From IMG/VR virus record IMGVR_UViG_3300035698_017294, positions 42,198 to 106,197 of that record: a stretch of DNA of 64,000 bases, one strand, 5' to 3'. A program made the position numbers and the translations under genes. The stretch is from a virus. Under the pieces are notes generated by a model. It worked only from the letters and a program-made list of their open reading frames with translations. It ran no database searches and was not told the DNA's origin. Below are positions 28,097 to 37,148 of the stretch, in pieces. Each line of letters begins with the position of its first letter. The first letter of the stretch is position 1.

Positions 28097-28814
28097 TCTG
28101 CAGTTTAATTCTTTTAACTTCGTTATACAATGTAATTATTTGTGAACCATCTTCCTGGCTTTCAAACTCTTGATAACGGTGGAAGTGCCCTGTATACCAT
28201 CTTTTAAATTTTACTCTATCTGAAATTTCTGTTAAGTATTTACTAACTGGGTCATCAATTTTATTAGAGTATCTAAAAATATCAATCAAGCCGGTAGGTA
28301 ATGTATGTGTAATAATAACATCAACTTGGTTATCATGCTTTTCCAGGTTTGACAACCCATATTCCATTTCAGCTGCAGATGGTATTTCTTGCGGCCACCA
28401 GGATACTCCTTCGGTTCTATAGACCTTATCAATCGATACTGCACCCCCAAATGTAAAGAACTTAAGTTCCCCAATGTTATAGATTTCTCCTCTACGGAGA
28501 TGGAACACTGAATCATTAACTTTTCCTACTACACTGTCAAACATTTTGACTTGCTCTAGCTGGTAAAGCAGTTCGTGGTTCTCATGGTTGCCATCTATAA
28601 ATAGAGTAGTCCAGGGTTTTTCGTGGAGCCAATTTAGCCAATAGGCGGTACGTTTATTTGGTATAGCATTCCACACAAATCCAAAATCACCTGCAATGAT
28701 AACATAGTCACTCTTGGTCAACTCTTTTCCTTCAGGAAACGATATTGAACTAAAACGACTCATTTCCCCAGTTGCGTCCCCGTGCGTATCGCCTGTTACA
28801 AATATTCTACTCAT
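28092..28814 (-). CDS. calcineurin-like metallophosphoesterase
   Basis: GDTHG, AGDFG, DGNHEN, THT, GHFH. Confidence 0.92.
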   Translation of the reverse strand: MSRIFVTGDTHGDATGEMSRFSSISFPEGKELTKSDYVIIAGDFGFVWNAIPNKRTAYWLNWLHEKPWTTLFIDGNHENHELLYQLEQVKMFDSVVGKVNDSVFHLRRGEIYNIGELKFFTFGGAVSIDKVYRTEGVSWWPQEIPSAAEMEYGLSNLEKHDNQVDVIITHTLPTGLIDIFRYSNKIDDPVSKYLTEISDRVKFKRWYTGHFHRYQEFESQEDGSQIITLYNEVKRIKLQR

Positions 28815-29534
28815 GTGTTCTTTTTCTTCTCCTAGGTTTCTTGGTTCCAGGTGCCATACGGAAACTAGTCTTGTAATCAAAGCCTTTCCCCGTGATTAAA
28901 TGCTTATCCGAAATCTGTAATGTCTCTGGTGGTGGGTTTTGTAACACGTTGTCCATGAACATACCTAGTTCCTGATATATAGTAAATGGGTCCATTTGCT
29001 TTATGAACTCATATTCGTATAACGGTGGATTGATTTCCATAGCTGGGTTTTCATCCCGATGATAGTGTCTCCACTCATACCATTTTTTATTAGTTATGTT
29101 CATATGGATAACTATGATTGGGCTATTGTATTCTGCGAATATATTTCGATCTATTTCTTTGCCCGAATTAGAAAAGAATATATCCAATTTTTTTCCCAGT
29201 TCTTAGCATTCTTTTTATATTTCCCATGATTTTTTGCTAGAAATCTCATAGTCGAATCAGCGTTATAGAAGTAGTAGTAGATAGTTTTATGGTGTGTATT
29301 AACAAGGTAGTACACCACTGGATAGATTTTACCAGCTACTAAAATAAAATGTCTGCCGCCCTGTTCTGCTATATCCTCTGGTAACCAAGATTCATTTAGA
29401 TGAGAAAATATGGGAAACAAATGCTTTGGGAATTTTTCCATTTGTTGGCGTTTACGAAAAAGCACTAACTCGTCATCAAAATGTGACGAAGCTAGCGAAT
29501 CATAGTAATCTTTGTAATCAGATATAATCTTCAT
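28807..29534 (-). pseudogene. conserved phage protein (MKIISDYKDYYD...KGFDYKTSFR) split by a frameshift at an A7 run
   Basis: ORFs 29151-29534 and 28807-29187 fuse if one A is added to the run at 29188-29194. Confidence 0.65.
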
Positions 29535-29734
29535 CTATACTCCTCGTACTTTATCAATTCTACTTTTCACCACGATGCCGAGATGCTAAACTGGCGTTAC
29601 CACTTAAATTCTAAGATATTTATTTTTTCTTAATATTTTAGAATTTAAGTATAAACGCAGTTTGGTCTATATGTGCAATATACATATAACATAAGTGGCG
29701 AATCACCACTTAAATATTTGAATCTAGAATTGAG

Positions 29735-29816
29735 TGGGGCTACCCGGACTCGAACTGGGACGGGGTTAACCCAGCGAATTTTAAGTTCGCCGTGTCTGCC
29801 ATTCCACCATAGCCCC
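29735..29816 (-). tRNA. tRNA-Leu(TAA)
   Basis: GCGAA-CTTAAAA-TTCGC with variable arm. Confidence 0.92.
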
Positions 29817-29822
29817 TGGTGA

Positions 29823-30002
29823 TTAGTATCGTTTCTTTTTAGCGAATAACGCTTTTTCTTCAGCGGCCATTTGTGTGTAAAGTGGGGCACTGTGTGCTGC
29901 CCAAAACGCAGAACTACTTTCGTGCCCACCCATAGCGTTACGGCCCCCGGTTACATGTTTCTGAATTAAATGCTTACGCTGTAATACAGATCGTCTACTC
30001 AT
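29823..30002 (-). CDS. 59-aa basic hypothetical protein
   Basis: AAAGGGGG RBS; MSRRSVLQRKHL...KKKRY. Confidence 0.5.
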   Translation of the reverse strand: MSRRSVLQRKHLIQKHVTGGRNAMGGHESSSAFWAAHSAPLYTQMAAEEKALFAKKKRY

Positions 30003-30036
30003 GATGTTCCCCCTTTCATGTTAATATAAATGCAAG

Positions 30037-30127
30037 GGGAGGGCCAGGGACTCGAACCCTGAAGGCCAGTTACTCACCAACCGTACTGGTTTTCAAGACC
30101 AGCTCCTCATCCAGCCGGATGCCCTCC
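30037..30127 (-). tRNA. tRNA-Ser(TGA)
   Basis: CTGGT-CTTGAAA-ACCAG, long variable arm. Confidence 0.9.
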
Positions 30128-30129
30128 GT

Positions 30130-30528
30130 TTAACAAATCTGTCCGAATAGTTTATACTTTGCCAGGTGATTGTTTAGCTCTTCTTCGGTCGGTAGAATTT
30201 TAAATGATTTCAATCCTTTGTGTATTTCTTCTACTATCTTTTCTGAGTCTTCTTTAGTATGCGGTTCGCCCCATGCACTCCAATCGCCATCATCAACACA
30301 ACCTATATGCACAACTGCATGCCAAGTATTGGTATCATAATGCCAGCTCACTCTAATTGATAGTGAAAGGAATCCACGAGCATAGTCGTATATACCTTCA
30401 AAGTCACCAGTTGCTACTATTCCTAGATACTCGTGTTCTTTTATTTTTCTTACACCAAGTGAATTATGCAAATCGCTGATAGCCTTAAATGGATTTTTTA
30501 AATCATATTCTACTGTTACTTTCATCAT
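30130..30528 (-). CDS. hypothetical protein
   Basis: GGGAGGG RBS, 132 aa. Confidence 0.65.
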   Translation of the reverse strand: MMKVTVEYDLKNPFKAISDLHNSLGVRKIKEHEYLGIVATGDFEGIYDYARGFLSLSIRVSWHYDTNTWHAVVHIGCVDDGDWSAWGEPHTKEDSEKIVEEIHKGLKSFKILPTEEELNNHLAKYKLFGQIC

Positions 30529-30543
30529 CCCTCCCTAAATTAA

Positions 30544-30615
30544 CAGGCACGGAGGGATTCGAACCCCCGTTGCCGAGATCAAAACCCGGTGTCCTAACCG
30601 TTGAACGACGCGCCT
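30544..30615 (-). tRNA. tRNA-Gln(TTG)
   Basis: CCGGG-TTTTGAT-CTCGG; G73. Confidence 0.92.
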
Positions 30616-30624
30616 AAAACTAAA

Positions 30625-30680
30625 TACTCCCGCCAGGGTTCGAACCTGAAACCGGCGGCTTAGAAGGCGCGCATGCGCCT
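30625..30680 (-). pseudogene. 3' half of tRNA-Arg(TCT)
   Basis: CTTCTAA loop, T-arm and 3' acceptor strand present; 5' half replaced by an AAGGCGC-ATGC-GCGCCTT hairpin. Confidence 0.65.
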
Positions 30681-30683
30681 TAT

Positions 30684-31325
30684 TTATTTATCTTCTTTAA
30701 GATCAGCATTCATATCTATTGCACCGCCACCACGATAACTGGCAACGGCATTCGATGCGGTCATATATAAGTCACCTACACTAGAGCCCTTCGTTGCTCC
30801 TCGTGCGGTTTCGGCGCTAAAGTTCATAGCTCCAAGGTGCGCCATATTATAGTGAGCGAAGTTTTCTGCAGATACTCCCATATAAATGAATTCCCAATTA
30901 TACTTTTCTTTTTGATGGGCAATCATTTGTGTTAGCCGCTCGGCTGTAATTTCTTTGCTGACATTCTCCTCGCCATCCGTAGTAATCATAACGAGTACTT
31001 TTCCAGGTCGCTTGCTTTTCGGCAATCCAGATAGGCGTGCTCCTACAGTATTTATAGCCCGGCCAACCGCATCTCTAAGGGCAGTACAGCCTCTTGGGTA
31101 ATATATGTCTGCAGTAAGCTGTGGCACGTCATTAATGTTCACACCATTGTGTATCACATTATATTCGCTATCGAATATCACTAGGGTTAAATTTGCTTCA
31201 CCCGGTTCACTGCGCTGCCGTTTCACAAATTCGTTAAAACCTGTAAGTGATTCGGCAATAGGTGTTCCACTCATTGATGCACTGCGGTCTAAAACGCATA
31301 CAATCTCTGTTAAATTCTGATTCAC
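30684..31325 (-). CDS. von Willebrand factor A domain protein
   Basis: MIDAS LDRSASM, TALRDAVG, TTDGEENVS. Confidence 0.92.
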   Translation of the reverse strand: MNQNLTEIVCVLDRSASMSGTPIAESLTGFNEFVKRQRSEPGEANLTLVIFDSEYNVIHNGVNINDVPQLTADIYYPRGCTALRDAVGRAINTVGARLSGLPKSKRPGKVLVMITTDGEENVSKEITAERLTQMIAHQKEKYNWEFIYMGVSAENFAHYNMAHLGAMNFSAETARGATKGSSVGDLYMTASNAVASYRGGGAIDMNADLKEDK

Positions 31326-31421
31326 TCTATATCGTCCTTCTCTTCTTGTGGAATAGTTCCACTATCTACTTTGATTAAATTATTTGGCGTGAGCCATGAC
31401 TTCTTTATCACATTTTTCCTT

Positions 31422-31444
31422 AAAAAGGGGCGGCTACCCGCCCC
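31422..31444 (-). terminator. intrinsic terminator
   Basis: GGGGCGG-GTAG-CCGCCCC-TTTTT. Confidence 0.8.
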
Positions 31445-31452
31445 ATGAAATC

Positions 31453-33732
31453 TTACTTCGGAACCAATTCGTGGAGATTGGACAGGCTGTAAACCTTGGT
31501 ACCATCGGGAAGGCCCCCAGGAACATCGATTCCAACATATACGTATGGCCCGTACGTGTCTTTTAACTTATCCATATTAGGGGTAGCCCAAGACACGGTA
31601 TTGGCACTCTTGCGCCTCATCAAACGAGTCATTACTCCCACTGTAATGTAAGAGCGCTTTGCAACAGCACGAAGGAGCATTGAGGTACTTGCCTTGTTGC
31701 CCTCGATCGTATTATAGTTGGCGTGACCCTTCAGGAAGAAATGCATCCACTTAGCGTACCACTTATCGCCAGTGCCCTTCATGAACATCACTGGCGACGA
31801 GATTTCACCTACGCCCCTCATGTCAGAGCGATAGCGTACGGTACTGGGCTCGAATGGCTTCCCTTTCCCGAATTCAGTGCGCATCATAAATCCGAACATC
31901 GATTCCTTGGCGTCTGCAAAGCTTTCACCTGAGTAGAGATTTACTTGTGGCACGATGTAGCGGCACTCAGGTGGCACGTTATCCAGCTTGATGTCGATAA
32001 ACTCAGTAGCGCCGTTTGGAGCCCTTACTAAATCACCGCTGTAATAAGCGAAGCCACCTTGCCGGAGGCTGGTCCAGGAGACGTGGCAGAGCATTTTAAA
32101 GTTCTCGTCCAACATGATAGCGCCGAGATCGTAATCCGTGCGCTGGTGGTTCTGATGCCAGTGAGTGAAGAAGCGAAGTATGTTAAGCTCCGGATCTTCG
32201 GAAAGTTCAGTTACAGATCCAACCGGCATAATGTTGAAACCAGTGCCCTTGCCCTTCTCGGTGAGCGGGAGTGCTAGCCCTTCAACATGCCTGTCAACAA
32301 TCAGCGTCCCAATATTTGGTAACCGCGTCACAATCTCATCGGCAATCAAATTAGAGCACTTGTCCACATCATCAGAGCGTAACCATGGGCGAGTTTCCCA
32401 CGTGATCCAAGTTTTACCCTTGGTGTTTGTAAACATGCGGTTGTTGGCTTGTGATTGTGGCATACCGTCGTCCACACGATTGATAAGGTGCTCGCCTAGC
32501 GACAACATAACACGGGCCGATACCTTTGGAAGGACTGCCTCTATGTTGTGCAACACAAGCTTTTGATTGAGCGGGTGCTGATCCGATTTAACCAAAAGAT
32601 TGTCTACGCTGCGCATGAAGTTACCAGGGTTCATTTTTAAGAGACGTGTCGCCTTTGCAACATCCGGTGGAGATGCATTCAAGGCTTCCTGTATCTCACC
32701 CGCAGTGGTTTTTACTGCCATAGCACCATAAGCCACGGCAAAGACGTCCTGTGCGCCGGACCACGCAGTGTAGGACATATCAAATGGATGAATTCTTTCA
32801 CCAAGTCGTTTCCACTCCTCTCTGAATCGCATCACGTCGTGAAGTTTACCTGGATGAAGCTGGACTACCCTGTCGAGGGCCATCATGAGCAGACGGCGTA
32901 CACGGCGAGAAAGTGATACAAACTTAGTTGGCGTTGCAAGTGTTACATCACCATCAGAAAGTGCACAAGCCAGTCGTAATACATCAGTAACGGTATCCAC
33001 TAGTATACCCATACTGGGGGCTATTGGTATGAGTTTCTCAATGTGTGCTACACGCACGGCATTTACCAATGCCTTATTTTCCCTTATTGGGAAGTCTGGT
33101 TGTATAATATCGTTAATGCACACCTCTGCTAGCCCTACCAGCATGTCTCGGCCTTCATCACTCAGCGGAACTGTACTGTCGCCAAGCTCCGTGTACAACT
33201 TCCATGATTCGCGTTGCAGCGTCTCACCAAGATGTAATACAGTGATTCGGCCCTTTGCGTGGGAAAGGAGGTCTTCGTGAGCATTCAGCATATCCTCATA
33301 GGTATGCTGGTACCTCCCGTACTTTGGAAGATCTAAAAGATTGATGGTCTGGTGGTTAACCAGAACACTAATCGGATCCACCGCGCCAGTACAGAATGCA
33401 TCTACGAGGCAATCATGCCAGTGCTCTTCTGTTGTAGGAATATTGTGTGGGAAATCAATGAAGTAGGGATTGTGCTTAACGTTGTCACCGATAAGCTCCT
33501 TGACAGCCGGTATGAGACTCTCACATATTGTCTGTACTTCGGATACGGGACATGAGGTAAGTGCCCTAATTAGGTCTGCTGAAAGCTTGAATCCGGACTT
33601 CATTAAAGCCTCATCAAGATTTAGAACAAGCATGTTCACCCTGCACCCCTCTGTGCCAGCATGATCAACTGGTACACGCAAGGTATGCGTTATAATAGTA
33701 TGCATCAGATTCATATAACTGTCTCCTTTCAT
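31453..33732 (-). CDS. large protein with C-terminal TerD-like domain; N-terminal helical region possibly ROT/TROVE-like
   Basis: DYDLGA...YSGDLVRAPNGATEFIDI TerD motif; alpha-helical N-terminal ~470 aa; visibly higher GC than its neighbours. Confidence 0.7.
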   Translation of the reverse strand: MKGDSYMNLMHTIITHTLRVPVDHAGTEGCRVNMLVLNLDEALMKSGFKLSADLIRALTSCPVSEVQTICESLIPAVKELIGDNVKHNPYFIDFPHNIPTTEEHWHDCLVDAFCTGAVDPISVLVNHQTINLLDLPKYGRYQHTYEDMLNAHEDLLSHAKGRITVLHLGETLQRESWKLYTELGDSTVPLSDEGRDMLVGLAEVCINDIIQPDFPIRENKALVNAVRVAHIEKLIPIAPSMGILVDTVTDVLRLACALSDGDVTLATPTKFVSLSRRVRRLLMMALDRVVQLHPGKLHDVMRFREEWKRLGERIHPFDMSYTAWSGAQDVFAVAYGAMAVKTTAGEIQEALNASPPDVAKATRLLKMNPGNFMRSVDNLLVKSDQHPLNQKLVLHNIEAVLPKVSARVMLSLGEHLINRVDDGMPQSQANNRMFTNTKGKTWITWETRPWLRSDDVDKCSNLIADEIVTRLPNIGTLIVDRHVEGLALPLTEKGKGTGFNIMPVGSVTELSEDPELNILRFFTHWHQNHQRTDYDLGAIMLDENFKMLCHVSWTSLRQGGFAYYSGDLVRAPNGATEFIDIKLDNVPPECRYIVPQVNLYSGESFADAKESMFGFMMRTEFGKGKPFEPSTVRYRSDMRGVGEISSPVMFMKGTGDKWYAKWMHFFLKGHANYNTIEGNKASTSMLLRAVAKRSYITVGVMTRLMRRKSANTVSWATPNMDKLKDTYGPYVYVGIDVPGGLPDGTKVYSLSNLHELVPK

Positions 33733-33766
33733 AGAGGGTAGCTTTATCTTTCTTTATATCTAACGG

Positions 33767-33852
33767 GGGGGGGCGAGGGATTCGAACCCCCACAGACGTT
33801 TAAGCCCGCCTCCTTAGCAGGGAGGTGCAATAACCAATTATGCGAGCCCTCC
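33767..33852 (-). tRNA. tRNA-Ser(GCT)
   Basis: CCTCC-CTGCTAA-GGAGG, long variable arm; 3' end lies in a C9 run. Confidence 0.88.
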
Positions 33853-33866
33853 CTCGTTATTTTTAA

Positions 33867-33942
33867 TAGGCCCACCAGGATTCGAACCTGGGACCCTCGC
33901 CTTAAAAGGGCGATGCTCTAAAACCAGCTGGGCTATAGGCTC
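33867..33942 (-). tRNA. tRNA-Lys(TTT)
   Basis: TCGCC-CTTTTAA-GGCGA. Confidence 0.9.
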
Positions 33943-33947
33943 GGTAT

Positions 33948-34187
33948 TTATAAACCGTTATATTCGTCTATCCATTTTATTTTTTTATTTTCCATCTCAG
34001 CAACACACTTAGCTATTGAAGCTATTGAATCGCCTAGAAACTCTTGCCACTTTGTATTCGGGTTTATTATACATGAGTTACAACTGCTATCTAGCTCAAT
34101 TGTATCACCAGAATAATCTACCCCAAAACAATCTAAGAGCTCTTTAGCGCGTACTAGTTCCTCGTCTGTCATTCTTCTTAATAGCAT
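33948..34187 (-). CDS. hypothetical protein
   Basis: GAGGA RBS, 79 aa. Confidence 0.6.
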   Translation of the reverse strand: MLLRRMTDEELVRAKELLDCFGVDYSGDTIELDSSCNSCIINPNTKWQEFLGDSIASIAKCVAEMENKKIKWIDEYNGL

Positions 34188-34205
34188 ATTTCCTCTAATC
34201 TGCAG

Positions 34206-34227
34206 TGGGCGGAGGGGGACTCGAACC
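34206..34227 (-). pseudogene. tRNA 3'-end remnant
   Basis: GGTTCGAGTCCCCCTCCGCCCA with no upstream cloverleaf. Confidence 0.55.
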
Positions 34228-34292
34228 TAATATGTATGTTGCTTAGCAGTAGATACATACCCTAACTAAACTAAAGCTTAAAGCTACGTATC

Positions 34293-34682
34293 TTATTCCA
34301 CAATTTTTTGTTTTAATTCATCAAATGTTTGATGATGATAGCTCCGTTTGTGTGTGGATGGATCCACATGTACGAACACTATTTTATCAATTGAACAGAT
34401 GACAGTGTGATCTGTTTTATTGCGTACTTCGCAACAAACAGTATATGAAGTCTCGCCTACGTCGATAAGGTCGATACCAATCTCAATAAGGTCACCCTTA
34501 CGTGCGGGTTTCTGAAAGTTCACTTCGGATATGAGTTTTGTGACAATGCTTTTCTTGCCTGTCTTATACATAACCCATGCAGCCGCTTCTTCATCCACCC
34601 ATGCTAGTAATTGTCCACCGAATAAAGTATCATGGCTGTTTAAGTCTTGATACCTAATCAAATGGCTTGTAGTAAATTCCAT
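34293..34682 (-). CDS. acyl-CoA thioesterase (hotdog fold)
   Basis: DLNSHDTLFGGQLLAWVDEEA, VGETS, FVHVD. Confidence 0.9.
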   Translation of the reverse strand: MEFTTSHLIRYQDLNSHDTLFGGQLLAWVDEEAAAWVMYKTGKKSIVTKLISEVNFQKPARKGDLIEIGIDLIDVGETSYTVCCEVRNKTDHTVICSIDKIVFVHVDPSTHKRSYHHQTFDELKQKIVE

Positions 34683-35977
34683 TACATCCCCCTCGTTTTG
34701 CCGTGCACATGTTTTACTGTTGGAAAGCGTAACGAATATTGCTTCGTTTTCTGGTCTCGAGTTTCTTCAAAATACTGGACTGTAATTAGGTTGCCAATTA
34801 TAGCACCGGGGTTGTAGTGGTATTCTTGCCTCTGTTCCAAAGACCATCCAGACCCCACGCCAACCTCATTGTCGCGATACATTATAATTGCTTTAGTCAT
34901 TGTAGTTATTGTGTCTTCTAGTCCGGTTATTTTATTAATGATGCGGAACGGCCCAGACTTGATTCTGGTTACTGTAAACTCTGCATCGTGGAACTTTTTA
35001 AGCTTTAACAGGTTTTGCGTACGCTTACCTTCGTACGGCACATCTTTGCGAAGCATTGCACCTTCCCAGCCCTTTTTATTAGCGGCCGCAAAGAAGTCTT
35101 CAAGGTCTTCAACGCTGTGAACTATACGCTGGTTTAATGGTTTTAGGATCGTATTTTTGCGACCAATTGCTTCATATCGTAAGATGCGCTTTGTTAAGTC
35201 GGGGGATTTCTTTTTACCCTCAAACTCGTCAAGTGTTAGCATATCAAAAATCATGTATCTGGGATTTTGTATCACATGCTTTTTCTTGCGTATCTGCTTC
35301 ATTACGCTAGCAAAGTCTTCATTGCCGTGATCATCTATGATACATATTTCGCCATCAAAAACAGTATTACGTAGATCTAGTTTTTTAATTTCTTCAATAA
35401 CCAGCCCGAGTGTTTCTATGGGCTTGCCTGTTCTAGTCCACGCTTTAATATTTCCATCAGCCCCAACTATGATAATGCAGCGCACACCATCAAGCTTCCG
35501 TGATATATACCAGCTAGTTTCATATTTGCCGAACGTTACTCTGTGTATAAACTCTTTGTACTTCTCGGCTAGCGCAACCTTAAACTCCTTTATAGAGCCG
35601 GGCCAGACTTGGTTAATTTGTTTCACACCCAATCGGACCTTTAGGTTTTTATCCAACATCATGTGGACGATGTCTGCATATACTGGATACTCAGCTATAA
35701 AATGGTTAATATAGTTATGTGCCTCGTGCCCTGTTATTTTGCGGGAAGCTAAATCATCAAGCAGTGAGAATATATCCAAATGTATTTCACAGTCATCTTC
35801 CATATACGCTGCCTTCGTTAATGCTGCAGATGTTATCCCGTATGTCATATCAGGATCGTGTGCGTATATAAAATACTTTTTCAAATCTTCGTAACTTGCC
35901 AAGATGATTTTCTTAGCTGTCATCGAATTAGTTGTGTTTAGTTCATCTAAACATTCTTGTAATCTCTTTAAACTCAT
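34682..35977 (-). CDS. ATP-dependent DNA ligase
   Basis: KLDGVR, FDGE, WEGAMLR, LLKLK, VGSG, SLRFP. Confidence 0.95.
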   Translation of the reverse strand: MSLKRLQECLDELNTTNSMTAKKIILASYEDLKKYFIYAHDPDMTYGITSAALTKAAYMEDDCEIHLDIFSLLDDLASRKITGHEAHNYINHFIAEYPVYADIVHMMLDKNLKVRLGVKQINQVWPGSIKEFKVALAEKYKEFIHRVTFGKYETSWYISRKLDGVRCIIIVGADGNIKAWTRTGKPIETLGLVIEEIKKLDLRNTVFDGEICIIDDHGNEDFASVMKQIRKKKHVIQNPRYMIFDMLTLDEFEGKKKSPDLTKRILRYEAIGRKNTILKPLNQRIVHSVEDLEDFFAAANKKGWEGAMLRKDVPYEGKRTQNLLKLKKFHDAEFTVTRIKSGPFRIINKITGLEDTITTMTKAIIMYRDNEVGVGSGWSLEQRQEYHYNPGAIIGNLITVQYFEETRDQKTKQYSLRFPTVKHVHGKTRGM

Positions 35978-36002
35978 ATTTTCCTCTATGTAAATTGTGT
36001 AA

Positions 36003-36075
36003 CGGGCCCGGGAGGAGTCGAACCTCCGACACCGCGGTTAACAGCCGCGTGCTCTGACCACTGAGCTACAGGCCC
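36003..36075 (-). tRNA. tRNA-Asn(GTT)
   Basis: CGCGG-CTGTTAA-CCGCG; G73. Confidence 0.95.
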
Positions 36076-36091
36076 TTTATAAATTGTAAAT

Positions 36092-36150
36092 AAAAAAAAG
36101 CACACAGCTAATTCCGCCTACTCGTAAGAATAAGCCGAATTAGCCGTATA
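36092..36150 (-). terminator. long-stem intrinsic terminator
   Basis: TATACGGCTAATTC...GAATTAGCTGTGTG followed by T8. Confidence 0.7.
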
Positions 36151-36168
36151 CAATTTTATGCTTTGTCT

Positions 36169-36180
36169 ATGTCAAAGATC
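36169..36180 (-). promoter_or_regulatory. boxA-like antitermination signal
   Basis: GATCTTTGACAT resembles rrn boxA (TGCTCTTTAACA), about 20 nt upstream of the terminator. Confidence 0.5.
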
Positions 36181-36186
36181 TTTCTA

Positions 36187-36260
36187 TGGCGGGGACGGGA
36201 TTTGAACCCGTGACCTTAAGGGTATGAGCCTTACGAGCTGCCAGACTGCTCCACCCCGCT
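36187..36260 (-). tRNA. initiator-like tRNA-Met(CAT)
   Basis: A1xC72 mismatch, A11:U24, TAAGG-CTCATAC-CCTTA. Confidence 0.88.
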
Positions 36261-36264
36261 GTGT

Positions 36265-36475
36265 ACTAGCTTTACTTCTTGCGACTGGTCGTTAGTAATA
36301 TCGCATTGGCCGGTTTTCCGCCTTTGCACTAATACCTGCGCAGCTTGGAAAGCGGAGCGGGTGATCGTGGTTGGCGGAAAAAAGGCCTGGAGGCGATTAT
36401 TACCGGCGATCAATATCGCGTCTTCAATAATCGTCCGAGACGTTACGTCCCAGAATGTGATAGCCTAAAGCTAGT
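36265..36475 (-). ncRNA. candidate structured ncRNA, family B copy 1
   Basis: 10-bp closing stem ACTAGCTTTA/TAAAGCTAGT; AGGCTA, GGGACGTAACGTCTCG, TCCAGG and AAGTAAA shared with copy 2. Confidence 0.62.
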
Positions 36476-36757
36476 TAGTTTTACTTTTTGGCGGTACCCC
36501 TCTACAACGATAGGTTGTCGATAGATTGTTCCCGAGCGAATGCGAGGGAAAATCTGGCGATAAGAGGTGGTTCGCCAACTTTGGACTTGTTGGGGATCCG
36601 GATCCCCGATCGGGGAGCCCCGCACGCGTCGGGGCGCCTGCGGTCCGGAGAGCCGGAGACCTGGAAAGCCCATTTTGGAACAAAACGTGTTCCCGCGAGA
36701 CGTTACGTCTCACAGCATTACGAATCACCGTGGGCTGCACTAGCCTGAACTCGGCTA
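36476..36757 (-). ncRNA. candidate structured ncRNA, family B copy 2
   Basis: Same ordered motifs (AGGCTA, GAGACGTAACGTCTCG, TCCAGG, AAGTAAA); many GC-rich hairpins. Confidence 0.62.
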
Positions 36758-36810
36758 CTACAGATTACGCTGATTTTGACCGTAACACATATCTAAATCT
36801 AAAACTAAAG

Positions 36811-37133
36811 TGGAGGCGAAGGGAGTTGAACCCTTGTCCACACGATAACGAAACATGCTGTTTCTTACAGGCTTAGTTAGTTTTTACACTTTTATTTGTT
36901 AATCCGGGGCGGTTCTGAAACTAACTTAGTAGTCCCCGGCGTTGGCCATTTGTTTAGCCGTGGTCTAGCGGCTTTCCGATCCGGCGCCGATTCCCTAACA
37001 TCGGAGTCTTAGGGTCGACGGCTACTTAGTTAACCTAAGCGGCTAGTGGTAAATATTCGTCAATTACATTGAAAGGAGTATCATGCCTGTAGCATATATC
37101 GATAGAATCGCATGTCGAAACCAATGCGCCCCC
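36811..37133 (-). ncRNA. ssrA: tmRNA; predicted tag (A)DEYLPLAA* at 37035-37061
   Basis: 5' GGGGGCG...GGTTTCGAC, 3' GGACAAGGGTTCAACTCCCTTCGCCTCCA, G3:U70, tag ending LAA-stop. Confidence 0.93.
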
Positions 37134-37148
37134 ATAAAATAATACAAT

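Noticed and set aside
29645-29929. 94-aa ORF in the track
   Set aside because: It runs through tRNA-Leu(TAA); the RBS-led 59-aa ORF at 29823-30002 in another frame fits better.
34206-34227. attP/attR site of an integrated element
   Set aside because: No integrase and no matching direct repeat were seen in the window.
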